A stretch of 64,000 bases of DNA. Source: Octopus vulgaris (lineage: Eukaryota). Below, piece after piece: positions 41,932-56,091 of the stretch (position 1 is the first letter of the stretch; every line of letters begins with the position of its first letter). Location: positions 54,374,001 through 54,438,000 of the forward strand of contig OX597828.1 of assembly GCA_951406725.2 (NCBI GenBank), read 5' to 3'. A program made the position numbers and the translations under genes. The notes under the pieces are model-generated. The model was not told the origin of the DNA and ran no database searches. It worked only from the letters and a program-made list of their open reading frames with translations.

Positions 41932-42445
41932 AGCACAGGTGTTGTTACCTGGACAAAGAATGAGCTTGAGGAAATGGTCAGAAAAACCAGAAAAGTGATG
42001 ACAATTATCGAGGAACTACAGCCAAACGGCGATACTGACAGGCAATACGTGCCAAAGAACAAAGGAGGAAGAGGCGTGAAAGGATGCAAGACCTGTGTTG
42101 TCAACGAGAAGAACAGCCTGGGTTGATACGTCAAAGAGCAGAGTGAATCCTTAGTTGCCGCTGTTAGAATTAACAATACAATACCCACTGAAAATGCGAT
42201 GCACCCACAAACATTTAGAAGAACAAGGTGAAGAAGAAAGATTAAACAATAAGAAAATGAAATCCTTGCATGGGCAATAGATCAGAGAAATGAAAGGAAA
42301 AGCCAAGACCAACACTGGGAGATGGTTAAGAAAAAGTGATCTGAAAGGATGCAGCGTCCAGGAATACGATCTGATAAATAATTACACCAAGTTCCAAATA
42401 GATAAGAGTAGAGAATCGCCCCTTTCTAGGGTGTGTGGCGGCACA
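41932..42445 (+). mobile_element. Decayed Dong/R4 LINE fragment
   Basis: VVTWTKNELEEMVRKTRKVMT...DTDRQYVPKNKGGRG and LHGQ*IR...WLRKSDLK, homologous to ORF 61945..63159; begins right after (TAA)n. Confidence 0.8.
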
Positions 42446-42532
42446 TTCATATATACGCACACATACATATAAACATGTGTGCTTGTGCATATATATATAC
42501 ACACACAGTATATGTATACATTCATGTATATA

Positions 42533-42592
<60 letters not shown>

Positions 42593-42672
42593 GTATATAT
42601 ATATATATGTATATATATCTATATCTATATATATATACATATATATATATACATATATATATACATATATAT

Positions 42673-42729
<57 letters not shown>

Positions 42730-42771
42730 CATATATAACTTTAAGTTACTTGGAACCGAATCAAACTGTTT

Positions 42772-42837
<66 letters not shown>

Positions 42838-43029
42838 GTAATAGTAATAATAGTAATAGTAATAATAATAATGATAATAATAATAATAATAACAACAATA
42901 ATAATATGTATATAAGTATATATATGTATCCCTCGCTCTCTGTCAGGGTATACATACATACATGCATACATACATACATACATACATACATACATACATA
43001 CATACATACATACATACATCCATACACAC

Positions 43030-43064
<35 letters not shown>

Positions 43065-43217
43065 CACATAGACACACATAGATATACATAGGCATAAGCA
43101 CAGGCTGTTTTGTTTTACAAAGGCTCAAAATTGTATGTTGTTTACTATGCAACTATACACATACGCACGCATATATTTACACGTGTATTTGTAAATATGT
43201 ACATATATATGTATATG

Positions 43218-43301
<84 letters not shown>

Positions 43302-43699
43302 CATATATACATACATGCATGTATACATATGTGTGTGTATGTGTGTGTGTGCATGCGTGCGTGCGTGTGTATACTACTAACACAGGCATGTTATGTTCAA
43401 AAGTTTATAATTGTCGCTATTTGAATATGATTTATTATTTTTAATTACTGTTTATAATTAGGAATATATTTCCAATTCTAATAAGGCAATAATTATTAGC
43501 GTAAATCTACGTAATATTTTCTTAACTTTGTTAGGAAATTCTGCATTGTATCATTGTAGGACTCTGTTTTTTATATCCGATGTTTCTTTTGCTTTTATTG
43601 CTTTTGGACAAAAAAATATTCAAATTATATATAAATACATACATACACACATACATACATACATACATACATACATACATACATACATACATACATACA

Positions 43700-43731
<32 letters not shown>

Positions 43732-44017
43732 AATGCATGCAAAATGGAATTTTTAATTAAGAATATAATTTACAGAATGTTGTAAATTATAATTGGAAAA
43801 AATATCATATGAGAAAAAAAAAAGAAAGGCAATTAGTATATAAAAAGTGAAAGATTAATTGACAGATATATTAACTTATAATAATTAATTTTTGTTTTAA
43901 AAAACGAACTGAGACGCTTTGCATATATTTTTGTAACACAAACCTTAAGTTTTTCTGCATTTTGTCCTCGTTACTTGTTGTTTATTAAACTAGAGACACT
44001 TGCTTCAGGACGATGAA

Positions 44018-44074
<57 letters not shown>

Positions 44075-44087
44075 TATTATTATTTTT

Positions 44088-44205
44088 TTCTTCTTCTTCT
44101 TTCAAATTTGCTTCCATTTCTTGCCGAGTGTCTTCCCGACTCCTAGGGCAAAGAAACTCATAGAATAAATTGGTAGGCCATTAAACTAAACTCAATAGTT
44201 CGTTC
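44088..44205 (-). mobile_element. Dong/R4 3' UTR stub in (TTA)n
   Basis: ttccatttcttgccgagtgtcttcccgactcctagggcaaagaaactca resembles the 3' UTR of the adjacent 44270 copy and the 52100 stub. Confidence 0.6.
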
Positions 44206-44269
<64 letters not shown>

Positions 44270-44610
44270 ATTTCCTTCTTTCTTCAAATTTTCTTCCGTT
44301 TCTCGCCGAGTGTTTTCCGTACACCTAGGGCACAGAAGATCATTGTATGCATTCCAAGATTACACACGCAAATTCACACGTAAAATATGTATTAAAAAAA
44401 ATAATAATATATATAAATTCATGAATCGATGTTGTTTACATAGCGATAGTGCTCTTCTCTGTACATGAGCCGTTTCAGTTAATACGATTTTTTGCACTTC
44501 CTGTAGGGATGGTAAGTCTGGAATCATTTTCAAATAGGTTTCAGTACCTTTTTTTTATCATTCCTAGAGATCCTACAATTACTGGTAGTGTAGTCGCCTT
44601 GAGATGCCGT
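44270..44610 (-). mobile_element. Dong/R4 3' end
   Basis: HLKATTLPVIVGSLGMIKKG...EVQKIVLTETAHVQRRALSL plus 3' UTR, (TTA)n flanks. Confidence 0.8.
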
Positions 44611-44639
44611 TATTATTATTATTATTGTCGTTATTATCG

Positions 44640-44880
44640 AAGACGTCACACAATATCCTGATGACGATTGAAGATATTGCGTGTAACGAGGTTTGAAATG
44701 TCTGTCAAGTCACAACAAATACCTCGGACAGTCAGTACTTTATGTGTATGTTTGCAGTTCCAAGTGAAGCCGATTTTTGCAACACATCAAGACTGTAGGA
44801 TATTTCTAAAATGTCCAAATGTTTCTTCAAGTTCGGTGGTATTGAACCCCAATGCTCCGAGGACAACAAAAACAACTTTT
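44640..44880 (-). mobile_element. Dong/R4 3' end (another subfamily)
   Basis: VVFVVLGALG..PPNLKKHLDILEISYSLDVLQKSASLGTANI plus 3' UTR, (TTA)n flanks. Confidence 0.78.
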
Positions 44881-44881
44881 A

Positions 44882-44936
<55 letters not shown>

Positions 44937-45572
44937 CATCATCAGTATTAATTGTTGTTGTTGGTGGTGTGAGTGTCGTTAGCGTGTTGCCTCGTTATTT
45001 AATCCTTGCTAACAACAAGTAGCATAGAGCATGGTAAATAGTATTAGTGCTTCAAAACGCGAAGGTCAAAGTTCATAAGTGCGGTGGATTTGCTCGGGTT
45101 TATCACAAATTAAGGGACTGGAGGAGAGAAATGGGTTTTCCTCTCGCGACAATTAATTAAGGTAGATTCCACCCAGTCACTGATCACATACAAACACCCC
45201 ATGTCTCTGTCTCTTCCAAGCTGGTCCTTCACGGTTTGTTGGACTCAACTATCATTAAGTGTGTTGGTCACACAATCTGAACACCACCAGTTCTCGGTCA
45301 TGGGATATAAAACACAGACGTTACCACCTCTAATTTGAATGGCCACCTACAGACTGAAGCACATAACACAGCAAGGAGCAATTCAATTGTTTGTCTTTAT
45401 TTGTGCGTGTGTGTGTATGTGTGTGTGTGAGTGTGTGTGTGTGTGTGTATGTATGTGTGTGAGTGTGTGTGTGTGTGTGTATGTATGTGTGTGAGTGTGT
45501 GTGCATGTGTCCGGAGTTGTATAAATATATATGTTTTTGTATCTATATAGGTTATGTATATGAAATGTGTGC

Positions 45573-45611
<39 letters not shown>

Positions 45612-45685
45612 TGTTTATACACATTGCTTTTATATGCACATATATAATTTATGTTCCACGGCCTTTTGGCTAAGATCAACGTGTA

Positions 45686-45718
<33 letters not shown>

Positions 45719-45720
<2 letters not shown>

Positions 45721-45859
45721 TGTAGGAATGGCTGTGTGGTAAGTAGCTTGCTTACCAACCACGTGGTTCTGTGTTCAGTCCCACTACGTACCAACCTGGG
45801 CAAATGTCTTCTACTATAGCCTTGAGCCGACCAAAGCGTTGTGAGTGAAGCCCGTCGTA

Positions 45860-45928
<69 letters not shown>

Positions 45929-46156
45929 GTGTGTGCGTGTGTGTGTGTGTATGTGTATGTTTGTGTGTCTGTGTTTGTTCCCCCAACATCGCTTGACAAC
46001 CGATGCTGGTGTGTTTCCGTAATTTAGCGGTTCGGCAAAAGAGACCGATAGAATAAGTACTAGGCTTACAAAGAATAAGTCCTGGGGTCGATTTGTCCGA
46101 CTAAAGGCGGTGCTTCAGCATGGCCACAGTCAAATGATTAAAACAAGTAAAAGAGT
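45719..46156 (+). mobile_element. SINE family B, near full length with internal (TA)n(TG)n
   Basis: Colinear with 25288-25838. Confidence 0.9.
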
Positions 46157-46174
46157 ATATATACATATATATAT

Positions 46175-46235
<61 letters not shown>

Positions 46236-46844
46236 TAAATATTCTTCTACCCTTTTCATCTTTTACTTGTTTCGGTCACAAGAAGACACCTGTTGATGCA
46301 TATTTAAACAGGTATATATTGGCTGACCGTTAGAATCCAAACAGAAAATATCTATGGGGACACTAGAAATATATTTTAACATAAACATTCCCTGTATAAT
46401 TCTGCTTGCGAATGAATCGTTAATTATATATAGATTCAGTATGCATCTGTATGTATATATCTATCATGATTTAAATCTACCTATTTTCTACATACAAATC
46501 TACGTATGAAAGTGACTTCTGTCCCTCAAACTCTAAATACGATTTCTTATATATTTTTATCTTTTCGATTCTGATCTTTAAATAATTTCTCTAATAAATA
46601 TAAACTTTATTTCAACGGCTCTGAGGAAGTATTGAAGTGATGCACAAGCCCACAGCATTGAGCGCATTGTTTCTTATAGCAGAAACAACTAAGCTAATGA
46701 AGTTAACTACGTAATTTCCGGTCCTTGTCATTCCATTAATCTCACAAACATACATACATAAATACTTACATACATACGTAATACAAACATACATGAAAAT
46801 GCACATTTGTATGCATATATGTGTACAAACACACACATACACAA

Positions 46845-46878
<34 letters not shown>

Positions 46879-46884
46879 ATTTTG

Positions 46885-47480
46885 GTCGTAAAGAGAACTC
46901 GAGCGCTTCCCTTGATGATGAAATCGTCAACTGCCTTGTAAAAGCAACCAACGCGTTTGGCAAGCTCCGTCATCGCCTGTGGCATGAAAGGGGCATCAAA
47001 CTTGACACCAAAGTACAGGTCTATAGGGCTGACTTAGAATCGTAGACAACTAACCAACTAGACATCTTCCACAAAGGCTGTCTCAGAACAATTTGCGGTT
47101 ATTCCCAAAATGAGAGAATTTATAATGCGACCTGTTTAGCAAGTGTAATCAAGAGCTTTCTTATGCAGTCGCAGTTACACTGGGCTAGCTTTGTCGTCAG
47201 AATGAGTGACGAAAGAATACCCAAAATTCTCATGTACAGCCAGATTGATAGTGGGCACAAGAATGTTGGTCGACCATGGCTCAGATTTGAGGACAAGCCG
47301 AAGAGTAACTTTCCAGCAGTCAATAGAGTTCGCAACAGTTTTGAGCAAACAGCTTTGGAGCGAGCAAAATGGAGATTGACGTGTCAAAATGGTATCAGAA
47401 ATTTTGCAACCACCATTGACAGGCTTAAGGGTGCAAAGCAAAGGAGAAAAGTGGCTGCAAATGTGGGCTTCTTTGTAAAT
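46885..47480 (+). mobile_element. RTE (BovB-like) LINE 3' fragment
   Basis: LDDEIVNCLVKATNAFGKLRHRLW...TKVQVYRA; QLHWASFVVRMSDERIPKILMY...GRPWLRFED...ALERAKWR. Confidence 0.88.
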
Positions 47481-47896
47481 TGTTTGCAACACCCAAATTT
47501 CACATTCGACATAAGCATTTTGACTGACAAAGAAAAAAGTAGGTTGTCAGATCCTCATACGTCAAAACCGATGTGAGAATCCATCACACACACACACACA
47601 CACACGCGCCCCCCCCACACACACACAGAGGGAGAAATACCAGTACATTTTAAATTCTCTGCGTTTGCCTCTGCATGTCTATATCCACGATTACAAGCAA
47701 TGTTTGAGAATCGTAAGCCTTATTTGAAGGCTGAAAGGTTAGCTGCCACACATAAATCTACATTTTTCTCACAAGATAATAAATCTCTGTACGTGTGATG
47801 ACTGAGTCTGTGTGTCTGTGTATGTGTTGTGTGTGGCAACATGCATATATATATATACACACATATATATGTATATATATTTTTATATGTACATAT

Positions 47897-47941
<45 letters not shown>

Positions 47942-47964
47942 TGTTTTTATGTTCACTTTTAATA

Positions 47965-48532
47965 TCAGGTCATCCCATAAGTTCTGTCCGAATTTTGAAA
48001 AAAGAAAATAAGTGATCAAATGTTATATTTAATTGAAATTTAATCAACAATGTACTTTCCCTGATTGTCTATGGCTTCCTTTCATCTACTTACTAGCTCT
48101 TTAATCCCATCAATGTAAAACTCTTTTGGTTTCAAAGCGAACAACTCTGAAATGTCAGTTTTAACCTCCTGGCTTGCGAAAGTTGTGTCCCCCAAATGGT
48201 AGTCTGAAGGAGCAAGGTCGGGAGAATAAGGTGGATGAGGAATTTTTTCCCAAACAAGCTCTTCGATCTTCTGTGATGTGATCTTTGCAGTGTAGGGTCG
48301 TGCATTGTCCTGATGAAACCTCACTCAAATGCTCTTTGGATACTTCCAAATTAGAAAGGGTTTTAATCAAAGAAATTTTTATTCTATTATTCTGTAAAAT
48401 AATATTTAATTAGTTTAAACGTACACAAATGCATAAAAACAATTTTTAATTCCATTAGACATTCTAAAATACTATGAAATTTCATTCAATTTTAAAAACG
48501 GTAAAATCGGACAGAACTTATGGGTGACCTGA
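47965..48532 (-). mobile_element. Internally deleted mariner with both TIRs
   Basis: TIRs tcaggtcatcccataagttctgtccga / tcggacagaacttatgggtgacctga, TA on both sides; FHQDNARPY...HPPYSPDLAPSDYHL. Confidence 0.93.
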
Positions 48533-48923
48533 TAAAAACAATTTTACATTAATCTGAAGGGTTACTCCATACTTTTGTAGAGTAAAAATAGATTATTCCT
48601 TAAAAAGAATAGTATTGACAGCAATTTCGAATTTTCGGCCAACTAGACGTACACAAATACACACGTTTACACACGACAGCCATACACGTACACAAACAAA
48701 CATACGTATTTACTCATGCTTATATACATATATACACATAAGTATATATATAGAAATGTTTGGATGTAAGTACCAATATATTAATGTGTATAAGAAATTG
48801 ATACATTTATGCATATATTCATGTATTGGATCACTATGTTGTGTGTTAGCCAAGTCCGTTAGAGGAGCTTTCTGTGAAATCCACACGATTCTATGAGTCC
48901 ACATATTACACTACATACATACA

Positions 48924-48961
<38 letters not shown>

Positions 48962-49794
48962 TGCATGTATGTATATATGAGCATATATACATGTATTTAG
49001 ATAGACATATTTCTGCATATGTCCACATGTCCATGTGTGTGTGTATGTGTGTGTGTACATGCATGCCATATCCATATGCCACATACAAGTAAGGCAGGAG
49101 GCAGGCATTATTTATCATTTCCTGACATGAAAGACGTCATCGCGCAACATGACATAGATTTTCTTCAGATTAAAGTTGATAAAAATCTTCAAGAAACTCC
49201 TTTCTGAGACACATTTAGGTTACAACAAAATTCGGCGTTGGTTAACTTTGGATAGAAATGGGGGAGAACTTAGTTTAGATGTTCGATCAAAGCAGATTAG
49301 GGTGGATCAAAAGGAAACTGGTCGTAGCGGGAGTTAGCTCAGAAACAGGTCTGGTTTATTTTCCCCCAATGCAAATGATTACTGTAGTGTCTGGATATTT
49401 TCTAGTTTCAAGCTAATACTGTTATTACTGTGCCATCTTTGTAAACTTTCAGAGCTGAAATTCAACTATTTTCATTTTGTACAAATGTGTCTTATCCAGG
49501 CGAACTTTTGTCTCTCATATGTTTAGCGGTAAGTAGAATTAACACACAAGGGTATGTGGATCATCGTGATGAGGAAAATAAGTGAGTGAAAGGCCACCGA
49601 CTTGTGGAAGAAAGAAATCAAGGTTCAATCGAATTCAGGAAAATTATTGATACAAATTTTATCGATGCCAAATGAGAAACAACCAGAGTTGGTTTTAACG
49701 CTATTTGAATCCAAAAAGGGAAGAAACGGAAATGAATGTCTGTCATAATTTTTGCCAGCATTTTCTTAAATACCGGCAGCAGCAGCAACTACAA

Positions 49795-49896
<102 letters not shown>

Positions 49897-50130
49897 CCAG
49901 TAGTTTTATTTTTATAGCGTGCTTTCACTTCACTACCGAGCGCAGCTCTGTGTGCCTTGGGTATGTGCTGTGATTTGTTGTGATGCTCTGATGGTTATTG
50001 TATGGAAAGTGCTCTGCGTAGGATGTGTGCAGTGCCTGTAGTGCAATTTTCTGTATGTTATATGTGTTTGTAAGTCCTGGTGTTTTTGTTATGTATTTGT
50101 CTGAATATTTTTTTATCATGCCTAATGCAT
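49897..50130 (-). mobile_element. Dong/R4 3' stub, near-identical to 61416-61650
   Basis: ALGMIKKYSDKYITKTPGLTNTYNIQKIAL plus the same 3' UTR; (TTA)n both sides. Confidence 0.9.
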
Positions 50131-50131
50131 G

Positions 50132-50200
<69 letters not shown>

Positions 50201-50202
<2 letters not shown>

Positions 50203-50515
50203 ACCCTGACCTGGCAGGGCTACTGGGGATAGTAGATATGCCGGTTCGAGATAAACTCTATAGCCACGGAGTGCTATCAGACGGTCCTATCAGAGATGCG
50301 CGCAAAGCGAAGAAACCGTTCTTCATGCGTTCATTCAGTGTCCTGGAATTTTTGACTTGTGGAGCTTTGTCGATCAGCTGTTGTCACAAGTAGGGCGGAT
50401 CCGGCTATCGACTGAGTCCATCTTGAGGATCATCCAGCGGCCTTCTTTTAACCGGGAATAGCAGGAAGTTTTCCTGGCCTACTCAGAACATGCTTCTATA
50501 AGCTTGAGGGAGTGG

Positions 50516-50573
<58 letters not shown>

Positions 50574-50800
50574 TGCCTGCCTGAGTTACCCTTGGAGATC
50601 AGGGTATCCAGGATGTGGGGGTTCCGTGGTTGCCTCTGCCTAGAGCTTCAACCTCTTTCAGGAAATTTTATTGCTTAATATTTCATTGTTGTTATTGTTT
50701 TTTTCCCTCTTTAAACGCCCTACATGTTAACCTCATTGTCCTTTGTGTTGTACCGTCCTTATGTTTTTGTGTTGTGGCACTCGTGGCCAAAATAGAAATT
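50201..50800 (+). mobile_element. Older L1/Tx1-like 3' fragment
   Basis: PVRDKLYSHG...EETVLHAFIQCP, paralogous to 51300-51560; 3' end gtggccaaaatagaaa. Confidence 0.7.
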
Positions 50801-50809
50801 ATTATTACT

Positions 50810-52025
50810 GACCGTCGTCCCTTACCCAACTTCATGCCTGATAAAGTTAGATCGCTTGCTCTTCCGCTTTCTATGGAAGGGATGTGCTCCGCTCGTCAGA
50901 CGGCCCATCTGCAGTCAATAGCCTCTGAGCGGAGGACTGGGCATGCCGTAGCTAATGATGCGCAGACATGCGCGGAGGGTGCGACATCTACGTTTCCTTA
51001 ACAGTGAGCAGGTGTGGTCACCGTTCATCAAACGGGACTTCCCGCAGCTTGTCCAATTGACGGAGCTACAGCCCTGGGTCAAGCGCATGCCCAGAAAGGG
51101 TGCTTCGCACCAAGAGTGTAGGCAAGCACTCACAGCTTTCTGCCAGTCACGCAACGTAGTCGGTAGAAGTTCTACCATGGAGTTCTATAGGGGATTAGTG
51201 GAGAGAAAGAGTAATGACGTATTCGGGGAAACTCTGGGTATCGAGAGGAATCAACTAACTGGTCTTTTCCAGAGGGCATTCGAGTCTATGGATAACGTCC
51301 AGAAATTCTTGGCCTGGCAGTGTTACCCAGGCGCTCTGCCGGTTCGAGACAAGCTGTACAGAGACGGAAGTGCTGTCAGACAGACATATCCGAGTTGTGT
51401 GCAGGGCGATGAAACCGTCCTACACGCACTTATCCAGTGTCCGTGCATTACTGACCAGCTGTTGTCACGTGTAGGACGGGTCCTGTTATCAGCCGAGTCG
51501 ATTGGGAGGATCACTTCGCCACCTTTCTTTGACCGGGAGGGAAAGGCAGTTTTCCTCTACCTATAGCGAAAAGGTATTGTGGCGACGAAACTGAAAGGAC
51601 TGAAGACAGACACTTTCCTCTTCGGCAGATCCCTCATCGACTTTTTCAAGTTTCACTCGAAAAGGAAAGTAAGGGTAGAGAGAGAAGTACTGCTCCCCCG
51701 TAAGTTCGTTAAAAGGTGAGTGAATGTTGCGAAAATGACTCGAGTGGATGGGCCTACTCTGAATATTCGTCTCTAAGTCGGAGCAGTTGAGGGGAAGAAG
51801 GCTACCTAACTGGCGTGCCCTTACCAGTCGGGCAGAATATGTGGGGTGTCTGGTTGGCTCAGGGTAAAACTCCTCCCTATTGGGGAATCTTGTTGTTGTT
51901 AACTGTTTTTTGTTTTTGTTGTTTATACGTTTTCTGCTTTTTTTAAAAATCCCATTTGTTCCTTGTTTTTTTTTGTATTGTCTCTGTATGTTTTTGTGTT
52001 CGGCCCTTATGGCCAATAAAGAAAG
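50810..52025 (+). mobile_element. L1/Tx1-clade LINE, 5'-truncated (zf-RVT region plus 3' UTR)
   Basis: FLAWQCYPGALPVRDKL...SCVQGDETVLHALIQCP in ORF 50955..51566; T-rich 3' UTR ending gcccttatggccaataaagaaa then (TTA)n. Confidence 0.85.
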
Positions 52026-52026
52026 G

Positions 52027-52092
<66 letters not shown>

Positions 52093-52099
52093 GTTATCA

Positions 52100-52220
52100 T
52101 CCTCTTTCGATTTTGTTTCCATTTCTTGCTAAGTGTCTCCCCGACACTTAGGGCAAAGAAACTCACTATGTACATTGGTAGGTCACTAGAATAAATACGT
52201 CAGATTGTTCATTTACAAAA
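52100..52220 (-). mobile_element. Dong/R4 3' UTR stub in (TTA)n
   Basis: Similar to 44088-44205. Confidence 0.55.
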
Positions 52221-52223
52221 TTA

Positions 52224-52297
<74 letters not shown>

Positions 52298-53154
52298 AGT
52301 AGTAGTAGTATTGTAGTAGCAGAATTGGTGACGTCGGTGGTGGTAGTGATAAAAATAATAATAAACATACATAGACGGTCATCTGGTGTGATCTAGTATC
52401 ATTAAACATCACACGGTATTATCAGATATCAATGCATGCCATCAGGTTCCATCAGAGCCTTTCAAGGGCCAACAGGGACCATCTGGTGTCATGCAAGAGC
52501 TCTTCGTATCTTCTGTCATTTGAATTCGCTCAAATTATTTGTGTTTGTCTGTCTGTATGTATGTATGTATGTATATGTATGTATGTATGTATTTATGTAT
52601 GTGTGTATGTGTAATATGTGTATGTATAATAGATGTATGTATATAATGTATGTATGTACATACATAATATACGGGCGTGCAGGCACACACGAGTGCGAGC
52701 GCGAACACACGCACACACTCTCTCTGTTTCTCTCTCTCTCTCTCACACACATTACTTTGTATAATATGCAGATTAACTAATTAATAAAAAAGTTTCGAGT
52801 CATATAATTTGAAATAAAATATATCAAATTTGGTATTTTGGTTTATCCAGCTCCAAACACCTTTTAGTGACGTATATATATTTACGTATACATACACACC
52901 CTAATCCAACACCCACATATATATATATATATTTATGGATGTATGAATATATGTATATATATGCGAAAGTTAGGAGAGAGACATTATCGAAAATTTACAT
53001 TAATATGAAACAGTTTTACATATTTTTTCAAAATTCAATTCCAAATGATTCTGTATTTTGCTATATGTATTTGTATGGAGGGCTTATATTCTGAGATTCA
53101 CAAGGGTTCTGGCACGCATCTCTAGACCCTTCACGCAATGAAGCTAGTTCATGG

Positions 53155-53189
<35 letters not shown>

Positions 53190-53200
53190 TGTATATATAT

Positions 53201-53592
53201 AATTATAATTTAGGGTATCTAAGAGATACCACTACGCCAGAAATAGCAGCCAAAACTTGACTCTAAAACCACATTAAATTTTCATACAACACCACAGATC
53301 TCGGATTTCTGGCTCTGATGAAGGCAAAGCATTTCGTTTGTAGAGCCGAAATCCGGGATCTGGAATTATCCAGTAATTTTTTTGCTAGTTTATTTTTGTC
53401 TCTTTGTCTTCTCTCCTGGTGCTGTATGGGCATTTAATGTGGTTTCAGTGTCAAGTTTTGGCTGCTATTTCTGGCGTGGTGGTATCTCTTGGATACCCTA
53501 AATTATAATTTCAATAATTAATTATTACCTTTGGGGTTTTTATTTCCATGCTAGCCACCTGATAAGATCGGTATTTTAAATAACGATCTTAT
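53201..53592. repeat. Nested fold-back module with hammerhead core
   Basis: Outer arms 53201-53278 / 53432-53510; inner arms 53295-53316 / 53342-53362; CTGATGA at 53315 and GAAA at 53348; small terminal hairpin 53561-53592; (TA)n flanks. Confidence 0.85.
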
Positions 53593-53595
53593 CCT

Positions 53596-53755
<160 letters not shown>

Positions 53756-53765
53756 AATCTATCTG

Positions 53766-53846
<81 letters not shown>

Positions 53847-54699
53847 ATATTTAAAGTACTTACCTTTAAGATTTCAGGGACTGTCACGTCTATATTTCCA
53901 CAAAATTCTGAGTTTCTCCTTTTGCGAGTAGTGTCACGTTTCTACAGAATTAAAATGACATTTATGTTTGTCAATGGCTCGGGGTTCGGCGGCGGGTGGC
54001 TAATTAACTCTTTTATGGGCAACGAATTACTTCCAGAATATGGGAAATCTTTATGATGACCTCCACCTTCCCAGGAAAAATAAAATAAACTTAGTATACG
54101 CTATATTCTTTGATTTTATAATATATAATATGATATAAAGCTGTATAACATAACACAATATAATATAATATAATGCAACGTAATATAATACAATCGAATT
54201 TAATGCCTTATTAATATATAATATAAACATATCATATAAATATAAAATTAAAATAATGTAATAAATTATAAATTAACAAGTATAAAATATAGATAATGAT
54301 ATAGCAAATTTTGTAATTTTTAATATAATATAATATAAATATAGCAATAGAGATATGATATAAACATAACACACACATATATAAAGTAAAAGTAATATAG
54401 TAAATCCTAATGTAATAAATATACGAGCGCTGTAGTTCACTTGAAGCATTGTAGTACTGCAGAAGGGTATGAAAAGGGAAAAAATAATATACTAAATAAT
54501 AATGTAATATAAAATATAATATAAATATAATATGCTACAAATGTAATATATAATATGATATAAATATAATATGCTATAAATGTAATATATATGATATAAA
54601 TATAATGTAATAAAACATGATATAATATAATAAATAGAAATTCAGTAGAATTATAATATCATACAGTAGTAACGTAGTTATAATATTTGATAGTATAAA

Positions 54700-54910
54700 G
54701 GCGCTGTGTTGACAGAATCGTTAGCACGCCGGATAAAATGCTTCGCGGTATTTCGCCCGTCTTCGCATTCCAAATTTAAATTCTGTCGAGCTCGACTTTG
54801 CCTTTGATCCTTTCGTGGTCGTTAAAATAAGTACCAGTGAAACACTGGGGTCGATGTAATGGACTTATCCCTCCCCTGAAATTGCTTATCTTGTACCAAA
54901 ATTTGAAATC
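54700..54910 (+). mobile_element. SINE family A (tail type 2), diverged
   Basis: cagaatcgttagcacgccgg...cgactttgcctttgatcctttcg...taagtaccag. Confidence 0.8.
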
Positions 54911-55273
54911 AATATTTGACATTATAACGATTGGAGAGGGAGAAATAAGAAATCCTTTATATTGTTATTCTATTCAATTTCTTTGGCTAGTTTGATTCAC
55001 TGGACTGCGGCCATGCTGTGGCACAGCCTTCAGATGTTTTTAGTTGACCCTAGAACTTTAATTTTATCAAACTCGTCAGGTAGAAAGAAAAAAAGAAAAA
55101 CGTAAGTTAGGAGTAAAGGGATGCGCCAAGAACGTAACTAAATATCACGAATTGCTTTTTTTTCGATATATCGAATATGTCATACACCCGATACACAAAT
55201 ACTTATTCAAATATACACAAACACACAATTTGTGCTCTTGTGCTCTTGTGCTTGTGCAAGAGCTCCAAGTGCT

Positions 55274-55340
<67 letters not shown>

Positions 55341-55474
55341 TGAGTGGAAACTGAACCGGTGAGTGTATTAAATAATAAGGCACAAAATGAGAATGACCGT
55401 CCTCAGACACAAGAAAATATGCTTCAACACACGGACTCACATAAAGAATCTTGCAAAACAAATACAAAAACGAA

Positions 55475-55521
<47 letters not shown>

Positions 55522-55731
55522 TGTAGAGTCTGTTGCAATTGTGTATTAGTAAATAAGATTATTTCCTCATGATATAAAACTATCACATATATTGGTGACT
55601 GAATTGTTATTTCAGACGTTATGCAACTGCACGAATCGATAAGAGAAAATAATCCAGTTATCTACACTTACAAATTCACACACACATAGAAAACAAACAT
55701 ACACACACACAAACGTTACATACACACACGG

Positions 55732-56091
55732 AGGAGGAGGTAAGTCGATTATATCAACACCAGTGCTCGATTGGTACTTATTTTATCGACTCCGGCAGGA
55801 TGAAATGCAAAGTCGATCCTGACGGAACTTTAACTCAGAACGTACAGATGGATGAAATGCCGCTAAGCATTTAGTCAGGCGTGTTAACCTTTCTGCCAGC
55901 TCGCCGCTTTTATGATGTAATATAATGGTTTCAAATTTTGGCTCAAGGCCAGCAATATTAAGGGAGGGCTTAAGTCGATTACATCGACCCTAGTGGCTCC
56001 ACGGCGGAATTTGAATTCAGAACGTAAAGACGGGCGAAATGCAGCTAAGCGCTTTGCCTGCTGAATTAACGATTCTTCCAGCTCACCGCCT
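55732..56091 (-). mobile_element. Two adjacent SINE family A copies (55732-55907 and 55925-56091)
   Basis: Both are reverse complements of the family A head; the second is internally deleted. Confidence 0.78.

Noticed and set aside
54110-54690. Origin-like or regulatory AT-rich tract
   Set aside because: Degenerate (ATATA)n low-complexity sequence with no specific signal.
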